This document shows, piece by piece, positions 29,381-38,543 of a stretch of 64,000 bases of DNA. Both the position numbers and the translations under genes were made by a program. Origin of the DNA: Thermoanaerobaculia bacterium. GTDB lineage: Bacteria > Acidobacteriota > Thermoanaerobaculia > Multivoradales > JAIOJS01. The DNA lies in assembly GCA_030429235.1 (NCBI GenBank), contig JAUIDB010000001.1, forward strand, positions 157,696-221,695, in the 5' to 3' direction. Every line of letters begins with the position of its first letter. Positions within the stretch are counted from its first letter, which is position 1. Below the pieces are notes generated by a model. That model worked only from the letters and a program-made list of their open reading frames with translations, was not told where the DNA came from and did not search any database.

Positions 29381-29872
29381 ATGCGAGTTACCGACGTCAA
29401 GGGCATCGGGAAGAGCACGGCGGAGCGGCTGGCCGAGCACGGGTTTCGTACGGTCGAGGATCTGGCACACCGTGCCGTCGGCCTGTTGACCGCCGTGCCT
29501 GGTTTCGGACTGCGTCGAGCGATGTTGGTGCGCGAGTCGGCCGCAGCCCTGCTGCGGACCGCTCGAAGCCCGGGAGACGAACCGACGGCCGACAAGGGCG
29601 AGAAGCCCCCGGTGACCCCGGTTCGGGCCAGCGACTCGAAAGCGGAGAAGGCCGGGGCAGAACCAGTGAAGAAGGCCAAGGCGGAGAAGAAAGCCAAGGC
29701 CAAGAAGAAGGGGACTTCGGGGCAGAAGGGGAAGGCCAAGAAGAGGACCAAGTCCGACAAGAAGACCAAGTCCAAGAAGAAGACCAAGCCCAAGAAGAAG
29801 GGCAAGTCCGACAAGAGAACCAAGTCCGGGAAGAAGGCGAAGTCCAAGAAAAAGGGCAAGAAGGGCAGCTGA
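29381..29872 (+). CDS. Helix-hairpin-helix protein with Lys-rich tail
   Basis: VKGIGKSTAERL and VPGFGLRRA HhH motifs; SD GAGGAG; Lys-rich C-terminus. Confidence 0.8.
   Translation: MRVTDVKGIGKSTAERLAEHGFRTVEDLAHRAVGLLTAVPGFGLRRAMLVRESAAALLRTARSPGDEPTADKGEKPPVTPVRASDSKAEKAGAEPVKKAKAEKKAKAKKKGTSGQKGKAKKRTKSDKKTKSKKKTKPKKKGKSDKRTKSGKKAKSKKKGKKGS
29702..29863 (+). repeat. Nine degenerate tandem 18-nt units coding 6-aa Lys-rich repeats
   Basis: Units such as aagaagaggaccaagtcc / gacaagaagaccaagtcc / aagaagaagaccaagccc / aagaagaagggcaagtcc. Confidence 0.85.
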
Positions 29873-29883
29873 AGTCGGCCCCG

Positions 29884-31638
29884 CTAGGGGTCGTCGCCGG
29901 ACTCTTCTTCGAGGGGCGCTGCGTCGTTCCAGAGGGCTGAGATCGCATCCCCCCACCGGTCGGCAATGACGCGCCGCCGGAGCTGTCCGTTGCGGGTCAG
30001 TTCGCCGCTCTCGACCGAGAGCGGGGTCGGCAGGAGATGGAAGCGGCGAATGCGCTGCTCCTCGGGTTGGCCCTGGTTGAGCCGCTGCAGCTCGGCGAGG
30101 ACCCGGGCCTCGAGGGGTGCGACCTGCGATCCCGCCTCCGGGGTTCGTCGGCTGGCGGGTTGGATCAGGGCTCCGAGATCGGGCCGCCCTTGGCCGACGA
30201 CGATCGCCCGTTCGATCAGCGGCGAGCTCTGCAACCGGATCTCGATCGGGTGGGGGGCGATGCGCTCTCCTCCGGTCAGCCGAATCTGGCTGCTGCGGCG
30301 GGCGGAGAGCCGCAGCCGGCCGTCGGGGTCCAATCGGCCGATGTCACCGGTGGCGAAGGCGACTCCCTCGGCCAGCTCCTCGTCCTCACCCTGGTGCCAG
30401 TAGCGCAACATCAGACCCGGACCGGAGACCGAGATCTCTCCGTCGCGGCCCGTGGCCAGGCGAAAGCCTGGCAGAGCCTGTCCCACCGTGCCGACCAGCC
30501 GCTGGCGCCGGGCGGTGGCCGTCACCGGCCCTCCGGTCTCTACCAGGCCGTAACCGAGACAGAGGTCGACTCCGGCCGCCCGGAAGAGGGCTTCGGTCCT
30601 CGGGGCGACGGGACTGAAGCTGCCCATCGCGACCCGAACGGCTCCGCCGAGGGCACGACGCAACGGGGCCAAACCTCGCCGAGCCAGCAGCGACGGTGAC
30701 ACGCGGTCGCTGCCCTCCCTGGGCAAGGCCCGCTGTAGAGCCGTCCGAAACCGCCAGCGACGCAGGCGGCCGCCGCGCTCGATCTCGGCCTCGGTTTCCC
30801 GACGGATCGTCTCCAGGAGGCCGGGAGGCATCACGAAGTGGCTCGGCTGTTCGCGCGCCAGGGCGAGGATCGGATCGATCGGCTCGGGCGCGGCGACGAC
30901 GGCGATCCCGTGGTCGAGATAGGCGTAGAGGGCCAGTCGTTCGACGGGGTGGGCCCAGGGCAAGAGCGACAGCCCGCGACTGCCGCGACCCAGGCCGAGC
31001 CTCGGTCCCAGATACTCGACGCGCGACAGCAGGCTGCGGTGGCTGAGCAGCACACCCTTGGGGTCGCCGGTCGCCCCGCTGGTGTAGGAGAGCGTGGCAG
31101 GGTCGTCGGGCCGCACGCGGCCGCGGAGACTGTCGAGAGAGGTCTCGAGCAACCTCTCGGCCCCCTGCCCGATCAGGGTCATCAGTTGGTGGGTCGCCGC
31201 CGCTTCATCGTGTCCCTCGATCGAAATCAGTACCGGTGGGGGCTGCAAACCGGAGAGAACTCCCTGCAACAGTTCCCGTTCTCGCTCACCGCCGTAAACC
31301 AGAAAGGCCGGCCGACTGTTGCGGACCACGAATCCGATCTGCTCGCTGGCCAGACGGGGGTCGACCGGAACCGTGACCAGGCCCAGGAGGTGGCACGCCA
31401 GATCGACCACCAGCCAGCCGGGGCGATTGCCGGCCAGGACGGCCAGGCGGTCACCGGGGCGGGCGCCGAGCCGTTCGAGACTGAGGGCCAGGGCATGGGT
31501 ATCGGCCACCAACTCCTTGGAGGAGAGGACGCGGGATCCGCTCCCGTCGCTGGCGCGCAGCAGCTCTCGCTGACCGCCCCACTGCTCGCGCAGGTGATGG
31601 ACGAGGTCCCCGAGGGTCTCGAGTGGTGCGGCCGTCAT
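29884..31638 (-). CDS. AMP-dependent synthetase, long-chain acyl-CoA ligase-like
   Basis: YTSGATGDPKG, GYGLVE, TGDIG; C-terminal GELTRNGQLRR (usual catalytic Lys appears to be Gln). Confidence 0.85.
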   Translation of the reverse strand: MTAAPLETLGDLVHHLREQWGGQRELLRASDGSGSRVLSSKELVADTHALALSLERLGARPGDRLAVLAGNRPGWLVVDLACHLLGLVTVPVDPRLASEQIGFVVRNSRPAFLVYGGERERELLQGVLSGLQPPPVLISIEGHDEAAATHQLMTLIGQGAERLLETSLDSLRGRVRPDDPATLSYTSGATGDPKGVLLSHRSLLSRVEYLGPRLGLGRGSRGLSLLPWAHPVERLALYAYLDHGIAVVAAPEPIDPILALAREQPSHFVMPPGLLETIRRETEAEIERGGRLRRWRFRTALQRALPREGSDRVSPSLLARRGLAPLRRALGGAVRVAMGSFSPVAPRTEALFRAAGVDLCLGYGLVETGGPVTATARRQRLVGTVGQALPGFRLATGRDGEISVSGPGLMLRYWHQGEDEELAEGVAFATGDIGRLDPDGRLRLSARRSSQIRLTGGERIAPHPIEIRLQSSPLIERAIVVGQGRPDLGALIQPASRRTPEAGSQVAPLEARVLAELQRLNQGQPEEQRIRRFHLLPTPLSVESGELTRNGQLRRRVIADRWGDAISALWNDAAPLEEESGDDP

Positions 31639-32904
31639 TCAAGCCCCTGGGGCCGAGTGGACCAGCTGTCCCCGCTTGATGACCTGGTGTACCGGGTTGA
31701 TCCCATAGTGGTACGCAAGGTGCAGGAGATTCGGGGCGTCGAGCACCACGAGATCGGCCTGTTTTCCGACCTCGATCGAACCGATCGTCTCGCCGAGTTC
31801 GAGGCAACACGCGGCGTTGAGGGTGGCCGCGGTCAGCGCCTCTTCGATCGAGAGCCCGAGTTCGAAGACGGCGAGTACGAACACCATCGGCAGCGACTCG
31901 GTGTGGGAGGAGCCTGGGTTGCAGTCCGTGGCGATGGCCACGGGGACGCCGGCCTCCACCAGCCGTCGGGCCGGTGCGTAGGTGTGTTTCATCAGGAAGA
32001 AGCTCGTTCCCGGTAGGAGGACCGCGGTGACACCGCTGGCCGCGAGAGCCTCGATCCCCTCGGGGGAGACAGCGATCAAGTGGTCGGCCGACAGCGCGCC
32101 GAGCTCGGCGGCCAGACGAGCCCCTCCCGAATCGACGAACTCGTCGGCGTGCAGGCGAGGCGACAGGCCGTGCTGCACACCGGCCTCGAGCACGCGACGC
32201 GATTCCTGACAGCTGAAGACACCCTCTTCGCAGAAGACGTCTCCGAACCGGGCCAGACCCGCCTCGGCGGTGGCCGGGATGATCTCTTCACAGACGAGGT
32301 CGAGGAAGCGCTCGCGGTCCTTGCGGTGCTCCGGCGGCACCTCGTGGGCGGCGAGCAGGGTGGGCACCAGGTCGAGGGGGTGTTCCTCGTGGGCTCGACG
32401 GATGGCGCGGAGCTGCTTGATCTCGTCGTCCAACGTCAGGCCGTAGCCGCTCTTGGCTTCCGCCGTCGTCGTGCCCCAGGACAGCATTCGGTTCATACGG
32501 GGGCGCATCTGGAGGGCGAGCTCTTCGTCGCTGGCGGCCCGAGTCGAGCGCACGGTAGAGAGGATGCCGCCGCCCGCGGCCGCGATCTCCTGGTAGCTCA
32601 CCCCGGCGAGGCGCTGGGCGAACTCCTCCTCGCGGGTGCCGGCCCAGGGTAGGTGCGTATGGGGGTCGACCAGACCGGGGATCACGGTGCGGTTCGAGCA
32701 GTCGATCCGCTCGGCGTCGTCCAACGGGCCGAGCTGTCTTTGCCGTTCGTCGTGGCTGCCGACAAAGAGAATCGTCCCATCCCGACAGACGATCTCGCTG
32801 CCGCGAGTCCGTTCGACCTCGGCCTGCCGCGGGCCCCGTCGTGGTGTGGTTCCCCGCGGCGTCGCCACCTCGCCGATCGAGTGCAGTAGGAGGGTTCCGG
32901 TCAT
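31639..32904 (-). CDS. hutI: Imidazolonepropionase
   Basis: PGLVDPHTH, Y.EI...GGGILSTV, EAKSGYGL, HADE, SADHL, ATDCNPGSS. Confidence 0.95.
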   Translation of the reverse strand: MTGTLLLHSIGEVATPRGTTPRRGPRQAEVERTRGSEIVCRDGTILFVGSHDERQRQLGPLDDAERIDCSNRTVIPGLVDPHTHLPWAGTREEEFAQRLAGVSYQEIAAAGGGILSTVRSTRAASDEELALQMRPRMNRMLSWGTTTAEAKSGYGLTLDDEIKQLRAIRRAHEEHPLDLVPTLLAAHEVPPEHRKDRERFLDLVCEEIIPATAEAGLARFGDVFCEEGVFSCQESRRVLEAGVQHGLSPRLHADEFVDSGGARLAAELGALSADHLIAVSPEGIEALAASGVTAVLLPGTSFFLMKHTYAPARRLVEAGVPVAIATDCNPGSSHTESLPMVFVLAVFELGLSIEEALTAATLNAACCLELGETIGSIEVGKQADLVVLDAPNLLHLAYHYGINPVHQVIKRGQLVHSAPGA

Positions 32905-33563
32905 GGTGCGATCTCCGTGCGAACAAACAGCGCGAGCTCTTCCTCGAGCCAGTCTTCGAGTGCCCCGACCTCCAGCGGAGTCGTGAGTCGTGGCAGCGGT
33001 TCGTCGCTCCACTGGCTGCGGTCGGCCAGGGCCTTCGCTGCCTGCAACGGAAAGTCCGCTACGTGACCGAACTTGTCCTCGGAGGCGGCCAGCAGCTGGC
33101 GCAGGGGGAGGCGACGGCAGAGGAGGTACAGATCGACGAAGTCGCGCCGACTGCCGCGAGAGATGATCGCCCCGAGTTTCATCAGGCCGAGGTCGGTGAG
33201 GCTGGCGAGTTGCAGGCCTCCGTCCAGCTCTTCGAGTGGGGCAGCGAGGGGGTACGGGTAGTAGTACCAGCGCAACGCCGTCCCGGCGCCGGAACGGACG
33301 AAGAGGTATCCGTCGCGCGCGGTTTCGACGCGGATCCCGGGATCGAGCTGTAGCAGGCTTTGCAGCAGATCTCGGCGCTCAGGGGGTAGTAGGCGATGGA
33401 CCGCGGACATCAGATCGAGACCCCTCACCGGGCGGTGGCCGAGATGCAGAGCCAGGGCGGCCGAGCCGGCGAGGTAGTAGTCGTCGTCGCAGACGCTGGC
33501 CAGCCGCTCGAGCAGTCGATAGGCCGACGGGTCGAGGGAGTCGATCTTCAGGCTCGCGGACAC
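32901..33563 (-). CDS. AbiEii/AbiGii-like nucleotidyltransferase-fold protein with degenerate motifs
   Basis: YYLAGSAALALHLGHRPVRGLD; MKLGAIISRGSRRDFVDLY; 4-nt overlap with hutI. Confidence 0.8.
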   Translation of the reverse strand: MSASLKIDSLDPSAYRLLERLASVCDDDYYLAGSAALALHLGHRPVRGLDLMSAVHRLLPPERRDLLQSLLQLDPGIRVETARDGYLFVRSGAGTALRWYYYPYPLAAPLEELDGGLQLASLTDLGLMKLGAIISRGSRRDFVDLYLLCRRLPLRQLLAASEDKFGHVADFPLQAAKALADRSQWSDEPLPRLTTPLEVGALEDWLEEELALFVRTEIAP

Positions 33564-33570
33564 GGAGCGA

Positions 33571-33579
33571 ATTCTAGCA
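33571..33579 (-). promoter_or_regulatory. Extended -10 TGcTAGAAT, leaderless-type
   Basis: 7 nt upstream of GTG 33563. Confidence 0.55.
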
Positions 33580-33650
33580 GCGGCTCGTGAGGAAAAGACC
33601 CGCCGTGGTGCTCTGGCGGCGTCGCGTGGTCCGGCTCCGGAGTTCACACT

Positions 33651-33926
33651 TCAGGCGAGGGGCCACAGCTGGGCGGCGAGCGGCGCGGCCCCCCGTGTCG
33701 GGCCGAGTACGGGGCTCCAGAACGCACGCGAACGGGCCGACAGCTGACGCCCCCCAAACTCCTGCCACCAGTCGACGATGGCCTCGCGGCCAAAGGTGGC
33801 GAAGAGCCATCTCAACTCGTTGCGATCGCCCTCCTCTAGGAGTCGGCCGATCACGAAACCCTGGTGACGCCTCGGTTGGAGCGACTCGACGTGAGGGAAA
33901 CGGAGCCGTACCGAATCCAGAACCAT
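33651..33926 (-). CDS. DUF6922-like small protein (typical partner of AbiEii-like NTases)
   Basis: FVIGRLLEEGD..ELRWL...G...I, LS.RS..FW. Confidence 0.65.
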   Translation of the reverse strand: MVLDSVRLRFPHVESLQPRRHQGFVIGRLLEEGDRNELRWLFATFGREAIVDWWQEFGGRQLSARSRAFWSPVLGPTRGAAPLAAQLWPLA

Positions 33927-33931
33927 CGAGG

Positions 33932-34462
33932 TCAGCTGGCCCCTCGCTCTCGCAGGGAGTGGATCGATGCGTGCGAGCTCTCGGCCTCCTCCGCCTCGCT
34001 GTCGATCAGACGCTGGAAGAGCTCCAGGGTGCTCTTGAGCTTCATCTGGAGTTCGCGCCGCCGGTGACTCAGTTCGCTGATGCGCGACTCGATCTCCTGT
34101 GCTTTGGCGATGGCTCCTTCGACGATCCGGTTGCCGGTCGCCTCGGCCTCCTGGACCAGCAGCTGTGCCTCGCGCTGGGCGGTGGCGAGGATCTCGTCCG
34201 ACACCTTCTGGGCCCGCAGGAGTGTGTCCTGCAACTCGCGCTCGCGACGTTCGGCCTGGTCGAGCAAGCGACGCAGGTGCTCGTTGTCCTGGCGGCGCCG
34301 GTCCGACTCGGAGAGCGCGCGCGTCAGAGCCTCGGAGGCCAGCGAAAGCATCTCGTCCACCTCGCGCGGGTCGTACCCTCGCATGCGAGAATTGAACCGC
34401 GCCTTGCGCAGATCCAGCGGCGTCAGGCGGAGGGACTCGGGGCTGTCATTCTCGAGGGACAT
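33932..34462 (-). CDS. DivIVA domain coiled-coil protein
   Basis: LTPLDL..ARF...MRGYD..EVD; follows yggS; SD AGGAG. Confidence 0.9.
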   Translation of the reverse strand: MSLENDSPESLRLTPLDLRKARFNSRMRGYDPREVDEMLSLASEALTRALSESDRRRQDNEHLRRLLDQAERRERELQDTLLRAQKVSDEILATAQREAQLLVQEAEATGNRIVEGAIAKAQEIESRISELSHRRRELQMKLKSTLELFQRLIDSEAEEAESSHASIHSLRERGAS

Positions 34463-34496
34463 CGAGGGGATCTCCTATGTGGCAGGCAAGTATGAG

Positions 34497-34505
34497 ATTG
34501 TAGCA
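34497..34505 (-). promoter_or_regulatory. Extended -10 TGcTACAAT upstream of the DivIVA gene
   Basis: Near-consensus element in an AT-richer intergenic gap. Confidence 0.55.
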
Positions 34506-34508
34506 TAG

Positions 34509-35207
34509 CTACGCTGCCGGCCTGGGCCCAAAGAGAAGGGTCCCCACACGGACGTGGCTGGCACCCTCTTCGATGGCGATCTCGAAGTCGCTGCTCATTC
34601 CCATCGACAGCAGGCCCGGAAAGTCCGGGTCGGCCTCGCGGGCTCGGTCGCGCAGCTCGCGGAGCGCCCGAAACCAACTCCGGGTCGCGTCGGGGTCATC
34701 CTCCTGGGGAGGGATGGCCATCAGTCCTACCAGGTCGAGCGCTCGGAGCTCGCGGCGCAGCTCCAGCAGGGTTTCGACGGCTGCTGCCGGGGCGATTCCG
34801 TGCTTCGAGACCTCGCCTCCCAGATTGACTTCGAGGAACCCCTCTCGTCGTACGCCGCGCGCCGTCGCCGCGCGCTCGAGAGCTCGCGCGATCTTGACGC
34901 GATCGATGGCGTGGATGGTGTCGAAAAGTTCGACCGCCAGCTGCACCTTGTTGCTCTGGAGCGGGCCGAGCAGGTGCCAGTGTACGGAGGAGTCGAGATG
35001 GGGTCGTTTGTCGCGCGCTTCTTGGACGCGGTTCTCGCCGAAGTGCCGCAGGCCGGCCGCGTGGGCGGCTTCGAGGCTCGCGATCGGCTGGCGCTTGCTA
35101 GCCCCTACCAGGGTCACGCCACTCCGGGGACGCCCGGCGCGGCGACACGCGGCTCCGATCCTGGCTTCGATCTCGGCCAGTCGGTGGGCGATGGTGTCAT
35201 CGCGCAT
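34509..35207 (-). CDS. yggS: YggS family PLP-binding protein
   Basis: VGASK, FGENRVQE, WH..G.LQSNK, LSMGMS.D. Confidence 0.95.
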   Translation of the reverse strand: MRDDTIAHRLAEIEARIGAACRRAGRPRSGVTLVGASKRQPIASLEAAHAAGLRHFGENRVQEARDKRPHLDSSVHWHLLGPLQSNKVQLAVELFDTIHAIDRVKIARALERAATARGVRREGFLEVNLGGEVSKHGIAPAAAVETLLELRRELRALDLVGLMAIPPQEDDPDATRSWFRALRELRDRAREADPDFPGLLSMGMSSDFEIAIEEGASHVRVGTLLFGPRPAA

Positions 35208-35250
35208 GGCGAGGCTGGTCTCTCGGTTGCGGTCGGGTCGGAGAGCGGGG

Positions 35251-35991
35251 TCAGGCCTCGTCCGACACGTACAGGATTCGCTTGCAGCCGTCGCAGTGGA
35301 TCAGCTTACCCTGGAGCCGGATGTCGGTGACGACCTGCAGTCGCACTCGGTAGTTGCAGGCGCTACAGTGCCACGGGTTGCCGGCCGCGCCGCCCCCTTC
35401 GGACTGCATGAGAGCGGCGGTGGCGTCGCCGTCGCGCCGTTCGTAGATCCGCTCGAAGAGCGCCACGACTCCTCGAGGCAGCAGATTCCGGAGGTCTTCG
35501 ATCTGACCTCGCAGAGCCGTTGCCTGTTGCTCGACCTCGGGCTTCTCGCCTTCCCACTTGGCCTGAGCCTCGGCGTAGCGTTGGTCGAGGTCGGCGAAGG
35601 CCGCTCGCTGCTCCTCGAGGGCGGCTTGGGCGTTGTCGTACCGCTCCAGAGCACCGAGAGCCTCCTCCTCGAGCGCCTTGATCTCGGCCTTGACAGTATC
35701 GATCTCCTGCAACAGGGCCGAGTACTCCCGCTGAGTACGGACCCGGCTGACCTGCTGCTGGAAGTGGGCCAGCCGGTCCTCGGCGTCGCGACTCGCACTC
35801 TCGGCCTGCCGTCGAACCCGGCGGGCCTCCTCGGCATCGGCTTCCACGGCCTCGATCTCGGCCCGCCGAGCACTGTGCTCGGCGTGTAGCTCTTCCATCC
35901 AACCCGGCACGCCAGCGAGTTGGCTCTCGGCCTGGCGCAGAGCGCCGAGCGCATCCTGCAGCTTGACGACGGTCTCCAAATGTCCACTCAT
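35251..35991 (-). CDS. Coiled-coil protein with C4-type zinc ribbon (DUF164-like)
   Basis: Long coiled coil, REYSAL..EI, CSAC...CDGCKRILY. Confidence 0.9.
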   Translation of the reverse strand: MSGHLETVVKLQDALGALRQAESQLAGVPGWMEELHAEHSARRAEIEAVEADAEEARRVRRQAESASRDAEDRLAHFQQQVSRVRTQREYSALLQEIDTVKAEIKALEEEALGALERYDNAQAALEEQRAAFADLDQRYAEAQAKWEGEKPEVEQQATALRGQIEDLRNLLPRGVVALFERIYERRDGDATAALMQSEGGGAAGNPWHCSACNYRVRLQVVTDIRLQGKLIHCDGCKRILYVSDEA

Positions 35992-36069
35992 GAGATAGGG
36001 CCGAACCTCCGTGAAGCCTCTGGCGGGTTCTTCTCCCGCTCAGGGCTGTTTGCATCGAACCACGATGGA

Positions 36070-36145
<76 letters not shown>

Positions 36146-36177
36146 ATCAGGTACCCCCTGAATCGGGGGAGCGGCTG

Positions 36178-36186
36178 AGTATAACA
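36178..36186 (-). promoter_or_regulatory. Extended -10 TGtTATACT for the tRNA-led transcript
   Basis: About 32 nt upstream of the tRNA 5' end, followed by a GC-rich discriminator. Confidence 0.55.
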
Positions 36187-36236
36187 AGCGCCGCCGGGGT
36201 CCGCTGGCCAGTCGAGGATCGGGCAGAAGCGCTGCC

Positions 36237-38543
36237 TCAAGGGCGTCGTTTTGGAGCCCGAGCGAGGTCGTGGTAGCGCTCGTAGGAGTCGGCGAGCAGA
36301 AGAATCCGCTTGACGTAGACCCTCGGTTCCTCCATCGGCAGGGACTCGACGAAACGGTCGACGCGGGCCTGGCTTCCGGCCTCGGTCCACCAACGACGGA
36401 TGCGGTAGGGCCCAGCGTTGTAGCCGGCCAGCGCCAGCTCGACGTCTCCGCCGAACATATCGAGGACCTGGCGCAGGTACCGACTGGCCAGCCGGATGTT
36501 GTAGGCGGGCTCATGGAGGCGCCGGGCGTCGAACGGCACTCCCTCCTTGCCGGCGAGTTCGCGGGCCGTCGGTGTCATGAGCTGCATCAGGCCTCGCGCT
36601 CCCGACCGACTGACTGCCTGGTGATCGAAGGCGCTCTCCTGCCGGATGAGCGCCAGCACCAGGGAGAGCTCGACGCCGCGGGCTTCGGCCCAGGGGCGAA
36701 TCTCCTCGAGATGCTCGAGCGGGTAGTAGAGCTGTCGGGCGCGGGCCGGGGTGAGATCCTCGGCCGCAGTTCCCAGCGTCGGGAAGGCCCGAAGCAACGG
36801 GGCGATGCTGGCCCTCGGTTGGTTCTTCAGACTGAGGATCCGGGCCTCGAGCACCGCCGCGGCCGGCTCGAAGCGCTCCTGGGCGGCGGCTTCCGACCAG
36901 GGCTGGGTGGCGAGTTGGCGGATCTCCAGGGTGGCGAGTGGCTCGAGCCCCAGGTCGATCAGGGCGGAGGCTCGGTCTAGGCTCGGATGCACGGGCCAGG
37001 CGAGGGGGGGGAGCGGCTCGGGCCGCTCGGTGACCAGTTCGGCTGGCAGGTGGTGGCGATAGAAGTCCCGCACCGGGCTCTCTTGGGCGAGCCGTTGCCG
37101 CAGCTCGGAGGCCGAAGCGGTGTGGCCGATCTCGGCCAGCGCGTCGGCTGACCAGTAGCGAGCCGCGCGGTGTCGCCAGGAGCGGTCGTCGGACTCGACC
37201 AACGGATCCCAGGCGGCGAGGGCACCGGGGTAGTCGCGGTCTCGGTGGCGCGCCCAACCCGCCAGCCAATGATGGTCGAGCACCGCGGGGTCGTGGGCTG
37301 GTAAGTGATGGAGAGCCTGAGCCGTGGCCTCGGGGTCCTCGGCCCGCGTCGCCTGGACCAGGAGGAGTCGCCAGCTGCGCACCGCTTCCTCTTCCGTCTG
37401 CTGTCGGGCGCAGCGGGCCAACTCCTCTCGCGATCGTCGGTGCAGTTCGACCCGCTGGGCTCGGGGCAGAGTGCGGCGTCCGCGGCGGGTCGAGGCGGCG
37501 TGCCGAGCGGCCTCGGCCCTCGAGCAGCTCAGTTCGAAAGCGGAGGCGCCAGCCGCGTCGAGGTAGTGCAGCGCTTCCAGGGGCCGCCCTTCGGCGACCA
37601 GCAGCGACGACCAGAGTTCGGCCTCGATCTGCACCGGATCCAGGGGTTCGAGGGCATGGCGAGCCAGATCGGGGCGACCGGCCTCCAGGGCCCGCCGGGC
37701 TCGCTCCTGTCGCTCCCGAGGCCCGAACCAGGCGGGGAGCGGGTCGGAGCCGTGGTCGAGAATCTCCGCTTCGAGGTCCGAGCCGGGGTCGTCGCGGAGG
37801 AGGCGCCGAGCGGCGGCTCGGCGTAGTCCCGGCCGGTCGACCCGCACGGCATGATGCCAGGCGAGCTCCGCCAGCCGCCGCTGCTGTTCGGGGGTGGCTC
37901 CCCGGGCGGCAAAGATCCGTCGGGTGCGGGCCAGTCGTTGGCGATGATCGTCGGCCAATACCGGCGCGGCGAGGGTGAGTTCGAGCAGTTCGAGGCTGGC
38001 GGGGGCCGACAGCGGCGAGTCGCCATACTCTTCGAGCAGGCTCTCCAGCGCGGCGACGGAGGTGGTCGGGTCGACCGGTCGGAGACAACGAGCCAGGGCC
38101 AGGAGGCGCCAGTCTTCGAGTCCGAGATGGCGGGCCAGGGCGATCGCGGTCGGAGCCTCCAACCCGGTGCACGGCACGGTCCGTGGGTCGGCGCTGCGGT
38201 CGAACCCCTCAGCGGCAAAATGGAGACCACCGAGCAGGTCTGCGGCGCCGTTGGCCACCAGCTGCGGCTCCTCGGCGAGGGACGCCGCCGCCTTCCTCGG
38301 TGCGCCCCGGCGAGCCCAGGTGGCGGCGCGTCGGACCCCGGGATGGTGGCTGAGCGACGAGAGATCGATGGCGACGGGTAGCGGGACCGGCTCGTCGCCG
38401 GCACCGCAGCCGACGACGAGAGCCACGAGGCCCGCGAGGGCCAGGCGTCGGGCGCGGAAGCGGAGGCCGAGGCCGCGCTTCCGCGCGCTACATCCCGAGG
38501 GCGTCGGCGTCGCCGCCGGCCAGGATGTTGACCAGCTCCTCAC
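36237..38543 (-). CDS. Slt70-like lytic transglycosylase, probable lipoprotein
   Basis: IRQES, GARGLMQLM, AGYNAG, E...YVKRI; helical-repeat N-region; LVVGC lipobox; only in-frame start (GTG) overlaps the upstream gene by 56 nt. Confidence 0.88.
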   Translation of the reverse strand: MRSWSTSWPAATPTPSGCSARKRGLGLRFRARRLALAGLVALVVGCGAGDEPVPLPVAIDLSSLSHHPGVRRAATWARRGAPRKAAASLAEEPQLVANGAADLLGGLHFAAEGFDRSADPRTVPCTGLEAPTAIALARHLGLEDWRLLALARCLRPVDPTTSVAALESLLEEYGDSPLSAPASLELLELTLAAPVLADDHRQRLARTRRIFAARGATPEQQRRLAELAWHHAVRVDRPGLRRAAARRLLRDDPGSDLEAEILDHGSDPLPAWFGPRERQERARRALEAGRPDLARHALEPLDPVQIEAELWSSLLVAEGRPLEALHYLDAAGASAFELSCSRAEAARHAASTRRGRRTLPRAQRVELHRRSREELARCARQQTEEEAVRSWRLLLVQATRAEDPEATAQALHHLPAHDPAVLDHHWLAGWARHRDRDYPGALAAWDPLVESDDRSWRHRAARYWSADALAEIGHTASASELRQRLAQESPVRDFYRHHLPAELVTERPEPLPPLAWPVHPSLDRASALIDLGLEPLATLEIRQLATQPWSEAAAQERFEPAAAVLEARILSLKNQPRASIAPLLRAFPTLGTAAEDLTPARARQLYYPLEHLEEIRPWAEARGVELSLVLALIRQESAFDHQAVSRSGARGLMQLMTPTARELAGKEGVPFDARRLHEPAYNIRLASRYLRQVLDMFGGDVELALAGYNAGPYRIRRWWTEAGSQARVDRFVESLPMEEPRVYVKRILLLADSYERYHDLARAPKRRP

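Noticed and set aside
29702..29863. Possible CRISPR-like or non-coding repeat array
   Set aside because: Contiguous, in-frame, degenerate units with no spacers; no cas genes in the window
29354..29956. Antisense ORFs resembling Leu/Phe-rich membrane proteins
   Set aside because: Mirror image of the AAG-rich repeat on the plus strand, which has an SD and HhH motifs
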